A DNA stretch of 51,171 nucleotides, from assembly GCA_028826165.1 (NCBI GenBank), contig JAPDFW010000098.1:1-51171 (forward strand), in the 5' to 3' direction. The first letter of the stretch is position 1. Each line of letters opens with the position of its first letter. Made by a program: the position numbers and the translations under genes. Shown here in pieces: positions 10,584-22,104 of this stretch. The DNA comes from Anaeramoeba ignava BMAN. Taxonomy: Eukaryota; Protista; Anaeramoebae. Below the pieces are notes generated by a model. It worked only from the letters and a program-made list of their open reading frames with translations, was not told where the DNA came from and searched no databases.

Positions 10584-13046
10584 ATGAATAAAATTCAAGA
10601 AGTTTGGTCTTTTAATTTAGAAAAAGAAATACGTAATATTTGTGATATTGTAGAAGATTATCCATATATTGGAATGGTATAACAAAAAATAAACTAAAAA
10701 AATTAATTAAACAAAAAAATTAATTAAAATAAAAATTAAATTATTTAACAAAAGGATACAGAATTTCCTGGAGTTGTTAAACCAAGTTATCAAAAAGTTC
10801 CAATAAATACAATTGAAACTTCTTATAAAACAATAAGAGAAAATGTTAATATTTTAAAGATCATTCAAATAGGATTAACATTTTCTAATGAAAACGGAGA
10901 GTTACCCCCAAATATTTCAACTTGGCAATTTAATTTTCATTTTGATTTAGAGTAAATTTTTAGATCAACAATTAAAATTAAAATTCATTTATAAAATTAA
11001 AATTCATTTATAAAATTAAAATTCATTTACAAAATTAGTATTAATATTATAATTAAAATTAAAATTCATTTACAAAATTAAAATTAAAATTAAAATTAAA
11101 ATTAAAATTAAAATTAAAATTAATATTAAAATTAAAATTAAAATTAAAATTAAAATTAAAATTAAAATTAAAATTAATTTACAAAATTAAAATTAAAATT
11201 AAAATTAAATTTAAATTTAAATTTAATTAAAATTAAAATTAAAATTAAAATTAAAATTAAATTAAATTTAAAATTAAAATTAATTATTAATAGAATTAAA
11301 ATTAAAATTAAAATTAAAATTAAAAATTAAAATTAAAATTAAAATTAAAATTAAAATTAAAATTATTAAAATTAATATTAAAATTAAAATTAAAATTAAA
11401 ATTCATTTATAAAATTAAAATTAAAATTAAAAATAAAATTAAAAAAGAAATGATCCTTATGCAAAAGATAGTATCAATTTATTAAAAAATTCTGGGTTAA
11501 ATTTTCAAAGACATTTAAATGAAGGAATTAAATCAACCGATTTTGCTGAGTTAATTATGACAAGTGGAGTTGTTTTATCGGATTCAGTTAAATGGATTAC
11601 TTATCATAGTGGATTTGATTTTGGATATTTTTTAAGATTATTATCGAATCTAGATTTACAACCAGAAAGAGATAGTTTTATTGAAGATTTATCTTATTAT
11701 TTTCCTGTTATTTATGATTTAAAATATATTTCAAAATCTATAGGAAATTTTCATGGAGGATTACAAGATTTAGCAGATTATTTTCAAGTAAAAATCAATC
11801 AAGAAAGACATTTTAAACATAATTTAAAATTAAATTAAAATTAAAAAATTAAATTTAAAATAAAATTAAAATTAAAATCAAAATCAAAATCAAAATCAAA
11901 ATCAAAATCAAAATCAAAATGAAAATCAAAATCAAAATCAAAATCAAAATAAAAATCAAAATCAAAATAAAAATCAAAATCAAAATCAAAATAAAAATCA
12001 AAATGAAAATCAAAATCAAAATGAAAATCAAAATCAAAATCAAAATCAAAATCAAAATCAAAATCAAAATGAAAATCAAAATGAAAATCAAAATCAAAAT
12101 CAAAATGAAAATCAAAATGAAAATCAAAATCAAAATCAAAATGAAAATGAAAATGAAAATGAAAATGAAAATGAAAATGAAAATGAAAATGAAAATTAAA
12201 ATCAAAATTAAAATCAAAATCAAAATCAAAATCAAAATGAAAATTAAAATCAAAATCAAAATTAAAATCAAAATGAAAATGAAAATTAAAATCAAAATCA
12301 AAATAAAAATCAAAATTAAAATCAAAATCAAAATCAAAATAAAAATCAAAATAAAAATCAAAATAAAAATTAAAATCAAAATCAAAATCAAAATCAAAAT
12401 TAAAATGGAAATCAAAATCAAAATCAAAATCAAAATAAAAATGAAAATGAAAATGAAAATAAAAATGAAAATCAAAATGAAAATAAAAATGAAAATGAAA
12501 ATGAAAATTTAAATCAAAATGAAAAATAAAAATTAAAATAAATGAAAAATATGTTGTGGATTAAATTTATTTATCAAAAAAAAAAATAATTATTATTTTC
12601 CTTTTTCAAAAAAAAAGGTTCCAAGAATTGGTCAAAAACATCAAGCAGGAAGTGATAGTTTAATAACTAATTCCTTATTTTTTGCCTTAAAAAAACATTT
12701 GAATGGATTCATTTCTGAAAATTTTAATGGGAAAATTTTTGGATTATTTGAAGATCCTCAACAAAAAATTCCAAATCAAAATTTAAATCAAAATCCAATT
12801 CCAAATCAAAATTCAAATCAAATTCAAATTCCAAATCAAAACATAAATCAAAATATAAATCAAAATATAAATCAAAATCAAATTGAAAATCTTAAAGAAA
12901 TGAATCAAAAAAAAAATTATCCGGCTTTAAATCAATTAAAAGGAAAAGATTATAATTCTCAATTTATTTCTTATTCAAATTATGCTCAAAATCAATTTAT
13001 GAACGAATATGAAATTAATGATCATTTTTTTGTTCAAACAAATTAA
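10584..13046 (+). CDS. CAF1: CCR4-NOT deadenylase subunit CAF1/POP2 (CNOT7/8 family, DEDD nuclease); exons 10584-10676, 10755-10951, 11448-11787, 12618-13046
   Basis: Spliced protein [15 protein letters not shown]...YPYIGM|DTEFPGVV...IIQIGLTF...TWQFNF...[12 protein letters not shown]...[12 protein letters not shown]...YDLKY...HGGLQDLA...[12 protein letters not shown]. All catalytic motifs are present, the three GT-AG introns keep frame, and there is an N/Q-rich tail. Confidence 0.95.
10952..11447 (+). repeat. CAF1 intron 2 filled with (AAAATT)n microsatellite
   Basis: Direct reading; GT at 10952, AG at 11446-11447. Confidence 0.9.
11788..12617 (+). repeat. CAF1 intron 3 filled with (AAAATC/AAAATG)n microsatellite
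   Basis: Direct reading; accounts for the spurious KIKIKI/ILILIL ORFs. Confidence 0.9.
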
Positions 13047-13233
13047 AAAAAAAAATTAATTAAAATTAATTAAAATTTATTTTTTTTTTTAAAAACAAAA
13101 CAAAACAAAACAAAACAATAAAAATCGGAAAAAAAAAATTTATTTGAAATTTTCTCTAAAGAGAATTGTAAATTGTTTTTTAAAAAAAAAATGAAAAAGA
13201 AAAGTAATTTTTTTGAGTTAAATTTTTTTGAAA

Positions 13234-16200
13234 TCATTTTTTTTCTTTTTTTGTTTCTTGTTTAATTTTCTTTCTTTCTTGTTTTTCTTTTAATCTTTCT
13301 TCTTTTTTCTTTTGATAATATTCAATAAAAGTTTTTCTCATTTGTTGTTTTTCTAATTCTTTTGATTTTGATTTATCAATTGTTGGTTCTTTTTGAATTT
13401 GAGGTTTATCTCTTAAATCATTCATTTTTTTTTCTGCATCTTCTTGAATTTTCTTTTTGTCAGATTCAGAAAGAATTTCAATTCTTGGTCTCCAACAAGC
13501 AAATTTTAAACCTTCTGGATGAATTGTTTTAATTAAAGCACCTTGGAAAGTATAAAATTGAATTTCTCGATTGTTCTAATTTTTAATATTAATATTAATT
13601 TTAATTTTAAATTTATAAATGAATTTTAATATTAAATTAATTTTAATTTTAAATTGAATTTTAATTTTATAAATTAAATGAATTTTAATTTAATATTAAT
13701 TTTAATTTTAATTTTAATTTTAATTTTAATTTTAATTTTATAAATTAAATGAATTTTAATTTTATTTTTAATATTAATTTTAATTTTAATTTTAATATTA
13801 AATTAATTTTAATTTTTAATATTAAATTAATTTTAATTTGAATTTTAATTTTAATTTTATAAATTAAATTGAATTTTTAATTTTATTTTTAATATTAATT
13901 TTAATTTCAAATTTAATATTAATTTTAATTTTAATTTTAATTTTAAATTTATAAATGAATTTTAATTTTAATTTTATAAATTAAATGAATATTAATTTTA
14001 TAATTTTAATTTTATAAATTAAATGAATTTTAATTTTATTTTTAATATTAATTTTAATTTTAATTTTATAAATTAAATGAATTTTAATTTTATTATTAAT
14101 ATTAATTTTAATTTTAATTTTATAAATTAAATGAATTTTAATTTTAAAATGAATTTTAATTTTATAAATTGAATTTTAATTTGTACTTCTGAAAAAATCA
14201 TAAGGAAACTTCCAGTTGGATCCCAAAATCCTCGAGTATATGAAGGTAAATCAACAATAGAACTCTTAGTAAAATTTGAACTATCCCAAAACTCCATAAC
14301 ATAAGAATAACCTTTTTTAACCACAACAATAAAATATCTACCTTTTGAACTCCATACAATATCTCTCAATTGAATATCAGGAATAGTTTTCAAAACTTCA
14401 ACTTTGTTTTGATTCACATCATTCGTTAATTGAGCATGACCTTGTGTTGTATACATGCGGATTGTTTGTAGTTTTGCTTCATTTTGTGATTTCACTTCAG
14501 CTGGTTCGGTTGCAAATATAAAAGTGGATCCCTCTGGATCCCATTCAAAATTACTGATCAAAAAGCTTTTGAAGTCAATTGTTTCATGAAGAATTTCTTT
14601 TGAATTTAAATTGAATAATTCCACTGATGATCCTGATATTGATTTTAATGTTTTTGAGTATTTTGTAACAATAACAGCAACATGGTTTCCTTTTGGATGC
14701 CAAAAAATTTCACAATCTTCAACAAGAACAAGATTGTGTGATTTCACTATTTGTAAAGAAGGAATTTCCATGAAGACAATCTTTGATAAATTGGCGCTAT
14801 CTGTTGCTTTTGTCCAGTAAACTAACAAATTTTCTTTTGGTGAAAAGGATATTTCTTGAATGTTTGGAATAGGAATTGGATGCTTTGGATTCGAATCTAA
14901 AGATGGTATATCATAGAATTGTATTTGGTCAAGATTCAAACGAGCAAATTTTGTCCCGTCAAAATTCCATGCAAATCCATTATAAATGTCTGTTGAATGT
15001 ATTAAAGCTTTTGGTGATTTCGATTCGATTTTTTGCAATTCTATTCTTTCATTTATTAATTTTCGAAGATCTGTTTTATCTATCTTAGTTTTTGGCTCCT
15101 TTTTATCTTTTTTTCGGTTTTGCTTTTTGATTTGTCCGATTCTATCTGTTTCTCTTTGGATTTCTTCTTCTAAAACTTCTAATTCTTTTGGGGTTCGAAA
15201 AAATTGATTGTTTTTTTATCTTTTGATACATTTTCTGGTAATTGAATTTTTGGAATTTTGAATTTTCTTTTTCTATTATCAATCCATAAATCCCAAACAA
15301 CGGAAGCGTCTCTATTTTACATGAAAAATATATTTATATTTATATTTATATTTATATTTTATATTTATATTTATATTTATATTTATATTTATATTTATAT
15401 TTATATTTATATTTATATTTATATTTATATTTATATTTATATTTATATTTATATTTATATTTATATTTATATTTATATTTATATTTATATTTATATTTTA
15501 TATTTTATATTTATATTTTATATTTATGTTTATATTTATGTTTATATTTATATTTTTATTTATATTTATATTTATATTTATTTATATTTATATTTATATT
15601 TATATTTATATTTATATTTTATTTATATTTATTTATGTTTTATATTTTATATTTTATGTTTATTTATATTTATATTTATATTTATATTTATGTTTTATAT
15701 TTATGTTTATGTTTTATTATATTTATATTTATATTTATATTTATATTTTATTTTTTATGTTTATATTTTATGTTTTATATGTTTATATTTTATTTTTTTT
15801 ATGTTTTTTTTTTATGTTTATATTTATGTTTATATTTATATTTATATTTATGTTTATATTTTTATGTTTATAATTTTATTTTATATTTATATTTATATTT
15901 ATATTTATATTTATATTTATATTTATATTTATATTTATATTTTATATTTATATTTTATGTTTATGTTTATATTTTTTATTTTTGTATTTTTATGTTTATA
16001 TTTTATATTTTTATTTATGTTTATGTTTATATTTTATATTTATATTTATATTTATATTTTTATATTTATGTTTATGTTTATATTTATATTTATATTTATT
16101 TAATATTTTATATTTATATTTATATTTTATGTTTATTTTTTATTTATATTTTTATATTTATATTTTATATTTTATATTATTTATATTTATATTTATATTT

Positions 16201-18786
16201 ATATTTATATTTATATTTATATTTATATTTTTATATTTATATTTTTATTTTATTTTATAATTAGTTTTATTTTATATTTATATTTATATTTATATTTATA
16301 TTTATATTTATATTTATATTTATATTTATATTTATATTTATATTTATATTTATATTATATTTATATTTATATTTATATTTATATTTATATTTATATTTAT
16401 ATTTATATTTATATTTATATTTATATTTATATTTATATTTATATTTTATTTTTATATTTATTTTTATTTTTATTTTTATTTATTTTTATTTTTATTTTTG
16501 AAATTACTTTGAATGTGTTATTAAAAATCTTTCATTTGGACAAAATTGAAAAGTTTTGATATTATCATGTCTCAATGATTGAAAACGTCCCCATTCTTTT
16601 CCACAATATGCATCTAAAGATGAAACTCCAGTTATTGTTAAAAATAACCCATGAGGAGACCATTCTGTTCGACGACCTGAAGTCTATTAGATATTATTAA
16701 ACAATCAAAAATTATTTTAAATTATTTCAATTTATTTAAATTATTTCAATTATTTCAATTTATTTCAAATTATTTTAAATTATTTTAAATTATTTCAAAT
16801 TATTTCAATTATTTCAAATTATTTCAAATTATTTTAAATTATTTTAAATTATTTCAAATTATTTTAAATTATTTTAAATTATTATCTCAAAAAAATACCT
16901 TCAATTCAAAATCCATTTCATCATCTTCTTGAGCAAAATCACACCACATAACAGAAGCAGTTAAATTTGTTGCAATAACATATTGATCTCTTAAATTAGG
17001 ATCTAAAAGCCAATATAAGAGATCATAATCATCTTTTAATGAATAATCTTTTTTAGGAAGTTCATCAGGAAATTCTTCAACAGTTTTTAAATATTCAAAT
17101 GAATAAATTTCAAATGTATGTTGTTTATCAAATGGTTTGTTATGTAGTTTTTTTGTCATCAATTCTGCTGTTTCTTTATCTTCAAAACTTACAAAACAAT
17201 ATCCTTTTGTTTTATTCGCTTCTTTATCAAATGGAACACTCAAATATTTTATTTTGTATTTCCCAGCCTAAATATTTAATTTTAATATTAATTTTAATAA
17301 ATGAATTTTAATTTTAATTTTAATTTTAATTTTAATTTTAATTTTAATTTTAATTTTAATTTTAATTTTAATTTTAATTTTAATTTTAATTTTAATTTTA
17401 ATTTTAATTTTAATTTTAATTTTAATTTTAATTTTAATTTTAATTTTAATTTTAATTTTTAATTTTAAATTTTAATTTTAATTTTAATTTTAATAAATTT
17501 TAATTTTAATTTTAATTTTAATTTTAATTTTAATTTTAATTTTAATTTTAATTTTAATAAATAAATTTTAATTTTAATTTTAATTTTAATTTTAATTTTA
17601 ATTTTAATTTTAATTTTAATTTTAATTTTAATTTTAATTTTAATTTTAATTTTAATTTTAATTTTTAATTTTAATTTTAAATTTTTTTAATAAATTACTT
17701 CAGAAAAGGTTTTTTCAAGAACTTTTTTTAATAATTCCAATTTTTGTCCACCAATTATTGGTATATTCTTTACTATAATATCACTATCATAAGAAAGCTC
17801 TGGATTTGGTGTTGGTAATTCTTCATATTCCTTAATTAATTCTTCTTTTTCTTTTTCTTTCTTTTTAATTTCTTCTTCTAATTTATTAAAACTTTCAAGT
17901 TGTTCCCAAATTTTATCTCTTTCAGCTTTTTTTGCGTTCATTTTTTCTACTAATAGTTTCACTTCATCAACTTTTTCTTTTTCTTTTTCTTTTATTTCAT
18001 TAATTTGATTTTCTATTTGAGTTTTTTCATCTTTTTTTTCATCTTTTATTTCATCTTTTTTTTCATCTTTTTTTTCATCTTGTTTTTCATCTTGTTTTTC
18101 ATCTTGTTTTTCATCTTGTTTTTCATCTTGTTTTTCATCTTGTTTTTCATCTTGTTTTTCATCTTGTTTTTCATCTTTTATTTCAACTTTCTTTTCATCT
18201 TTTTTTTCATCTTTTTTTTCATCTTTTTTTTCATCTTTTTTTTCATCTTTTTTTTCATCTTTTTTTTCATCTTGTTTTTCAGCTTTTCATCTTGTTTTTC
18301 ATCTTTTTTTTTTTCATCTTTTTTTTCATCTTGTTTTTCATCTTTCATTTGTTTTTTTGGTTGATTATTTTGTTTTTTTGGTTGATTATTTTGTTTTTGA
18401 TTTTGATTTTGATTTTGATTTTTTGGTTTATTTTTTTGATTTTGATTTTGTTTTTGATTTTGTTTTTGATTTTGTTTTTTGGGTTGATTTTTTTGATTTT
18501 CATTTGTTTCTTGATTTTGATTTTCATTTATTTCTTGTTTTGGATTTTCATTTGTTTCTTGTTTTGGATTTTCATTTGTTTCTTGTTTTGGTTTTTCATT
18601 TGTTTCTTGATTTTGATTTTGATTTTGATTTTGATTTTGTTTTTGTTTTTGTTTTTGTTGCTGTCTTTGTTTTTGTTTTTGATTTTGATTTTGTTTTTGT
18701 CTTTGTTTTTGTTTTTTTTTTTGATTTTGTTTTTGTTTTTGTTTTTGATTTTGTTTTCCTTTCTGTGATTTATTTGTTAGTGACAT
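13234..18786 (-). CDS. eIF3b: Eukaryotic translation initiation factor 3 subunit B (PRT1); exons ~18786-17699, 17267-16899, 16683-16509, 15311-14187, 13575-13234; two apparent 1-nt frameshifts (~18285, ~15200)
   Basis: RRM ([10 protein letters not shown]...[10 protein letters not shown]...KPFDKQHTF), the [12 protein letters not shown] motif, WD/beta-propeller repeats ([41 protein letters not shown]) and the C-terminal WRPR motif. The long low-complexity QNQK/DEKK N-terminal extension makes the start less certain. Confidence 0.9.
13576..14186 (-). repeat. eIF3b intron with (AAAATT)n-type repeats on the sense strand
   Basis: Direct reading; GT at 14186, AG ending at 13576. Confidence 0.85.
15312..16508 (-). 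repeat. eIF3b ~1.2-kb intron with (ATAAAT)n microsatellite on the sense strand
   Basis: (TTTATA)n on the plus strand; accounts for the IYIY/LYLY ORFs. Confidence 0.9.
17268..17698 (-). repeat. eIF3b intron with near-perfect (AAAATT)n on the sense strand
   Basis: (TTTTAA)n on the plus strand, between GT at 17698 and AG ending at 17268. Confidence 0.9.
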
Positions 18787-18929
18787 TGTTTTTTATTCAA
18801 AAATTAATCAAAAAATTTTTTTTTAATTCTAAATTTTTTGTTTTTGAATTAAAAATGAAAAATTTTTCTTTTTTTTTTATTTATTAATAATTTTTTTGAA
18901 ATAATTAGTAATATTATTTCTATTTTTAC

Positions 18930-21900
18930 TCATTTATTTCAAAATATTCTTTATTCCTTATTTTAAATTAAATTAATTAAATATTATTATTCAATTTTTA
19001 TTCCAATTTTTATAAAATATTATTAATAATTTTATAAATTAATTATTATTTATTCAAATTTTTAATCAAAATATTAAATTGATTAAATTTAAAAATAAAT
19101 AAAAAATTTCTTATTTTTTTATTAAATTAATTTATTATTATTAAATATTTATTAAATTTTAATAAAATATTATTAATAATTTTATAAATTAATTATTATT
19201 TATTCCATTTTTAATCAAAATATTAAATAGATTAAATTTATTAAATATAAATAAATATTCTTTATTCCTTATTTTAAATTAAATTAATTAAATATTATTA
19301 TTAAATATTTATCTAAATTTTAATAAAATATTATTAATAATTTTATAAATTAATTATTATTTATTTCAAATTTTTAATCAAAATATTAAATTGATTAAAT
19401 TTATTAAATATAAATAAATATTCTTTATTCCTTATTTTAAATTAAATTAATTAAATATTATTATTCAATTTTTATCTTAATTTTAATAAAATATTATTAA
19501 TAATTTTATAAATTAATTATTATTTATTTCAATTTTTAATCAAAATATTAAATTGATTAAATTTATTAAATATAAATAAATATTCTTTTATTCTTTATTT
19601 TAAATTAATTTTAATTAAATATTATTAATAAATATTTATCTTAATTTTTATAAAATATTATTAATAATTTTATAAATTAATTATTATTTATTTCAATTTT
19701 TAATCAAAATATTAAATTGATTAAATTTATTAAATTTAAATAAATAATATTCTTTATTTCTTTTTTAAATTAAATTTATTAATAAATATTTATTAAATTT
19801 TAATAAAATATTATTAATAATTTTATAAATTAATTATTATTTATTTCAATTTTTAATCAAAATATTAAATTAGATTAAATTTTTAAATATAAATTAATTA
19901 TTCTTTATTTCCTTATTTTAAATTAATTTTTAAATAAATATTTATTATTAAATATTTATTCCAATTTTAATAAAATTTATTAAAATTAAATAAATTAATT
20001 ATTATTTATTCCATTTTTAATCAAAATATTAAATTGATTAAATTTATTAAATTTAAATAAATATTCTTTATTTCTTATTTTAAATTAAATTAATTAAATA
20101 TTATTATTAAATATTTATTCCAATTTTAATAAAATATTAATTTTATAAATTAATTATTATTTATTCAAATTTTTAATCAAAATATTAAATTGATTAAATT
20201 TATTAAATATAAATAAATATTCTTTTATTTCTTATTTTAAATTAATTTAATTAAATATTATTATTAAATATTTATTCCAATTTTAATAAAATATTATTAA
20301 TAATTTTATAAATTAATTATTATTTATTTCAAATTTTTAATCAAAATATTAAATTGATTAAATTTATTAAATATAAATAAATATTCTTTATTTCTTATTT
20401 TAAATTAATTTAATTAAATATTATTATTCAATTTTTATCTAAATTTTAATAAAATATTATTAATAATTTTATAAATTAATTATTATTTATTTCAAATTTT
20501 TAATCAAAATATTAAATTGATTAAATTTATTAAATAAATAAATATTCTTTATTTCTTATTTTTATATTAAATTAATAAATTAAATATTATTATTAAATAT
20601 TTATTCCAATTTTAATAAAATATTATTAATAATTTTATAAATTAATTATTATTTATTTCAAATTTTTAATCAAAATATTAAATAGATTAAATTTATTAAA
20701 TATAAATGTCAATTTTTATTCTTATTTTAAATTGAATTAATTAAATATTATTAATAAATATTTATCTAAATTTTAATAAAATATTATTAATAATTTTATA
20801 AATTAATTATTATTTATTTCAAATTTTTAATCAAAATATTAAATAGATTAAATTTATTAAATATAAATAATTATTCTTTATTCCTTATTTTAAATTAAAT
20901 TAATTAAATATTATTAATAAATATTTATCTAAATTTTAATAAAATATTATTAATAATTTTATAAATTAATTATTATTTATCCCAATTTTTAATCAAAATA
21001 TTAAATTGATTAAATTTATTAAATATAAATAAATATTCTTTATTTCTTATTTTAAATTAATTTAATTAAATATTATTAATAAATATTTATCTTAATTTTA
21101 ATAAAATATTATTAATAATTTTATAAATTAATTATTATTTATTTCAAATTTTTAATCAAAATATTAAATAGATTAAATTTATTAAATATAAATAAATATT
21201 CTTTATTTCTTATTTTAAATTAATTTAATTAAATATTATTATTAAATATTTATCTAAATTTTAATAAAATATTATTAATAATTTTATAAATTAATTATTA
21301 TTTATTTCAATTTTTAATCAAAATATTAAATTGATTAAATTTATTAAATTTAAATAAATATTCTTTTATTCCTTATTTTTAAATTAATTTAATTAAATAT
21401 TATTATTAAATATTTATCTTAATTTTTAATAAAATATTATTAAAGTTTTATAAATTAATTATTATTTATTTCAATTTTTAATCAAAATATTAAATTGATT
21501 AAATTTATTAAATATAAATAAATATTCTTTATTTCTTATTTTAAATTAAATTAATTAAATATTATTATTAAATATTTATCTCAATTTTAATAAAATATTA
21601 TTAATAATTTTATAAATTAATTATTATTTATTTCATTTTTAATCAAAATATTAAATAGATTAAATTTATTAAATATAAATAAATATTCTTTATTTCTTAT
21701 TTTAAATTAATTTAATTAAATATTATTATTAAATTTTTATCTTAATTTTAATAAAAATATTATTAATAATTTTATAAATTAATTATTATTTATTTCAATT
21801 TTTTAATCAAAATATTAAATTGATTAAATTTATTAAATTTAAATAAATATTCTTTATTTCTTATTTTAAATTAATTTAATTAAATATTATTATTAAATAT

Positions 21901-22100
21901 TTATCTCAATTTTTATAAAATATTATTAATAATTTTATAAATTAATTATTATTTATTCAAATTTTTAATCAAAATATTAAATTGATTAAATTTATTAAAT
22001 ATAAATAAATATTCTTTATTCTTTTATTTTAAATTAAATTAATTAAATGTTATTATTAAATATTTATCTTAATTTTAATAAAATATTATTAAAGTTTTAT
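18930..22100. repeat. Tandem satellite array, ~162-bp unit, ~19-20 copies, extremely AT-rich
   Basis: Anchor AATCAAAATATTAAA recurs at about 19064, 19213, 19376, 19538, 19702, 19855, 20019, 20175, 20339, 20502, 20668, 20829, 20991, 21154, 21316, 21480, 21641, 21805, 21967. Confidence 0.93.
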
Positions 22101-22104
22101 TCAT

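Noticed and set aside
11855-12512. KIKIKI / ILILIL ORFs
   Set aside because: Translations of an intronic hexamer microsatellite.
15258-16264. IYIY / LYLY hydrophobic ORFs
   Set aside because: Antisense readings of an intronic (TTTATA)n tract in eIF3b.
18005-18887. Plus-strand Phe/Ile-rich ORFs
   Set aside because: Antisense shadows of the low-complexity eIF3b N-terminus.
18930-22100. CRISPR array (also considered for 29420-30304 and 49010-50610)
   Set aside because: Whole units repeat with no unique spacers, there are no cas genes, and the context is eukaryotic.
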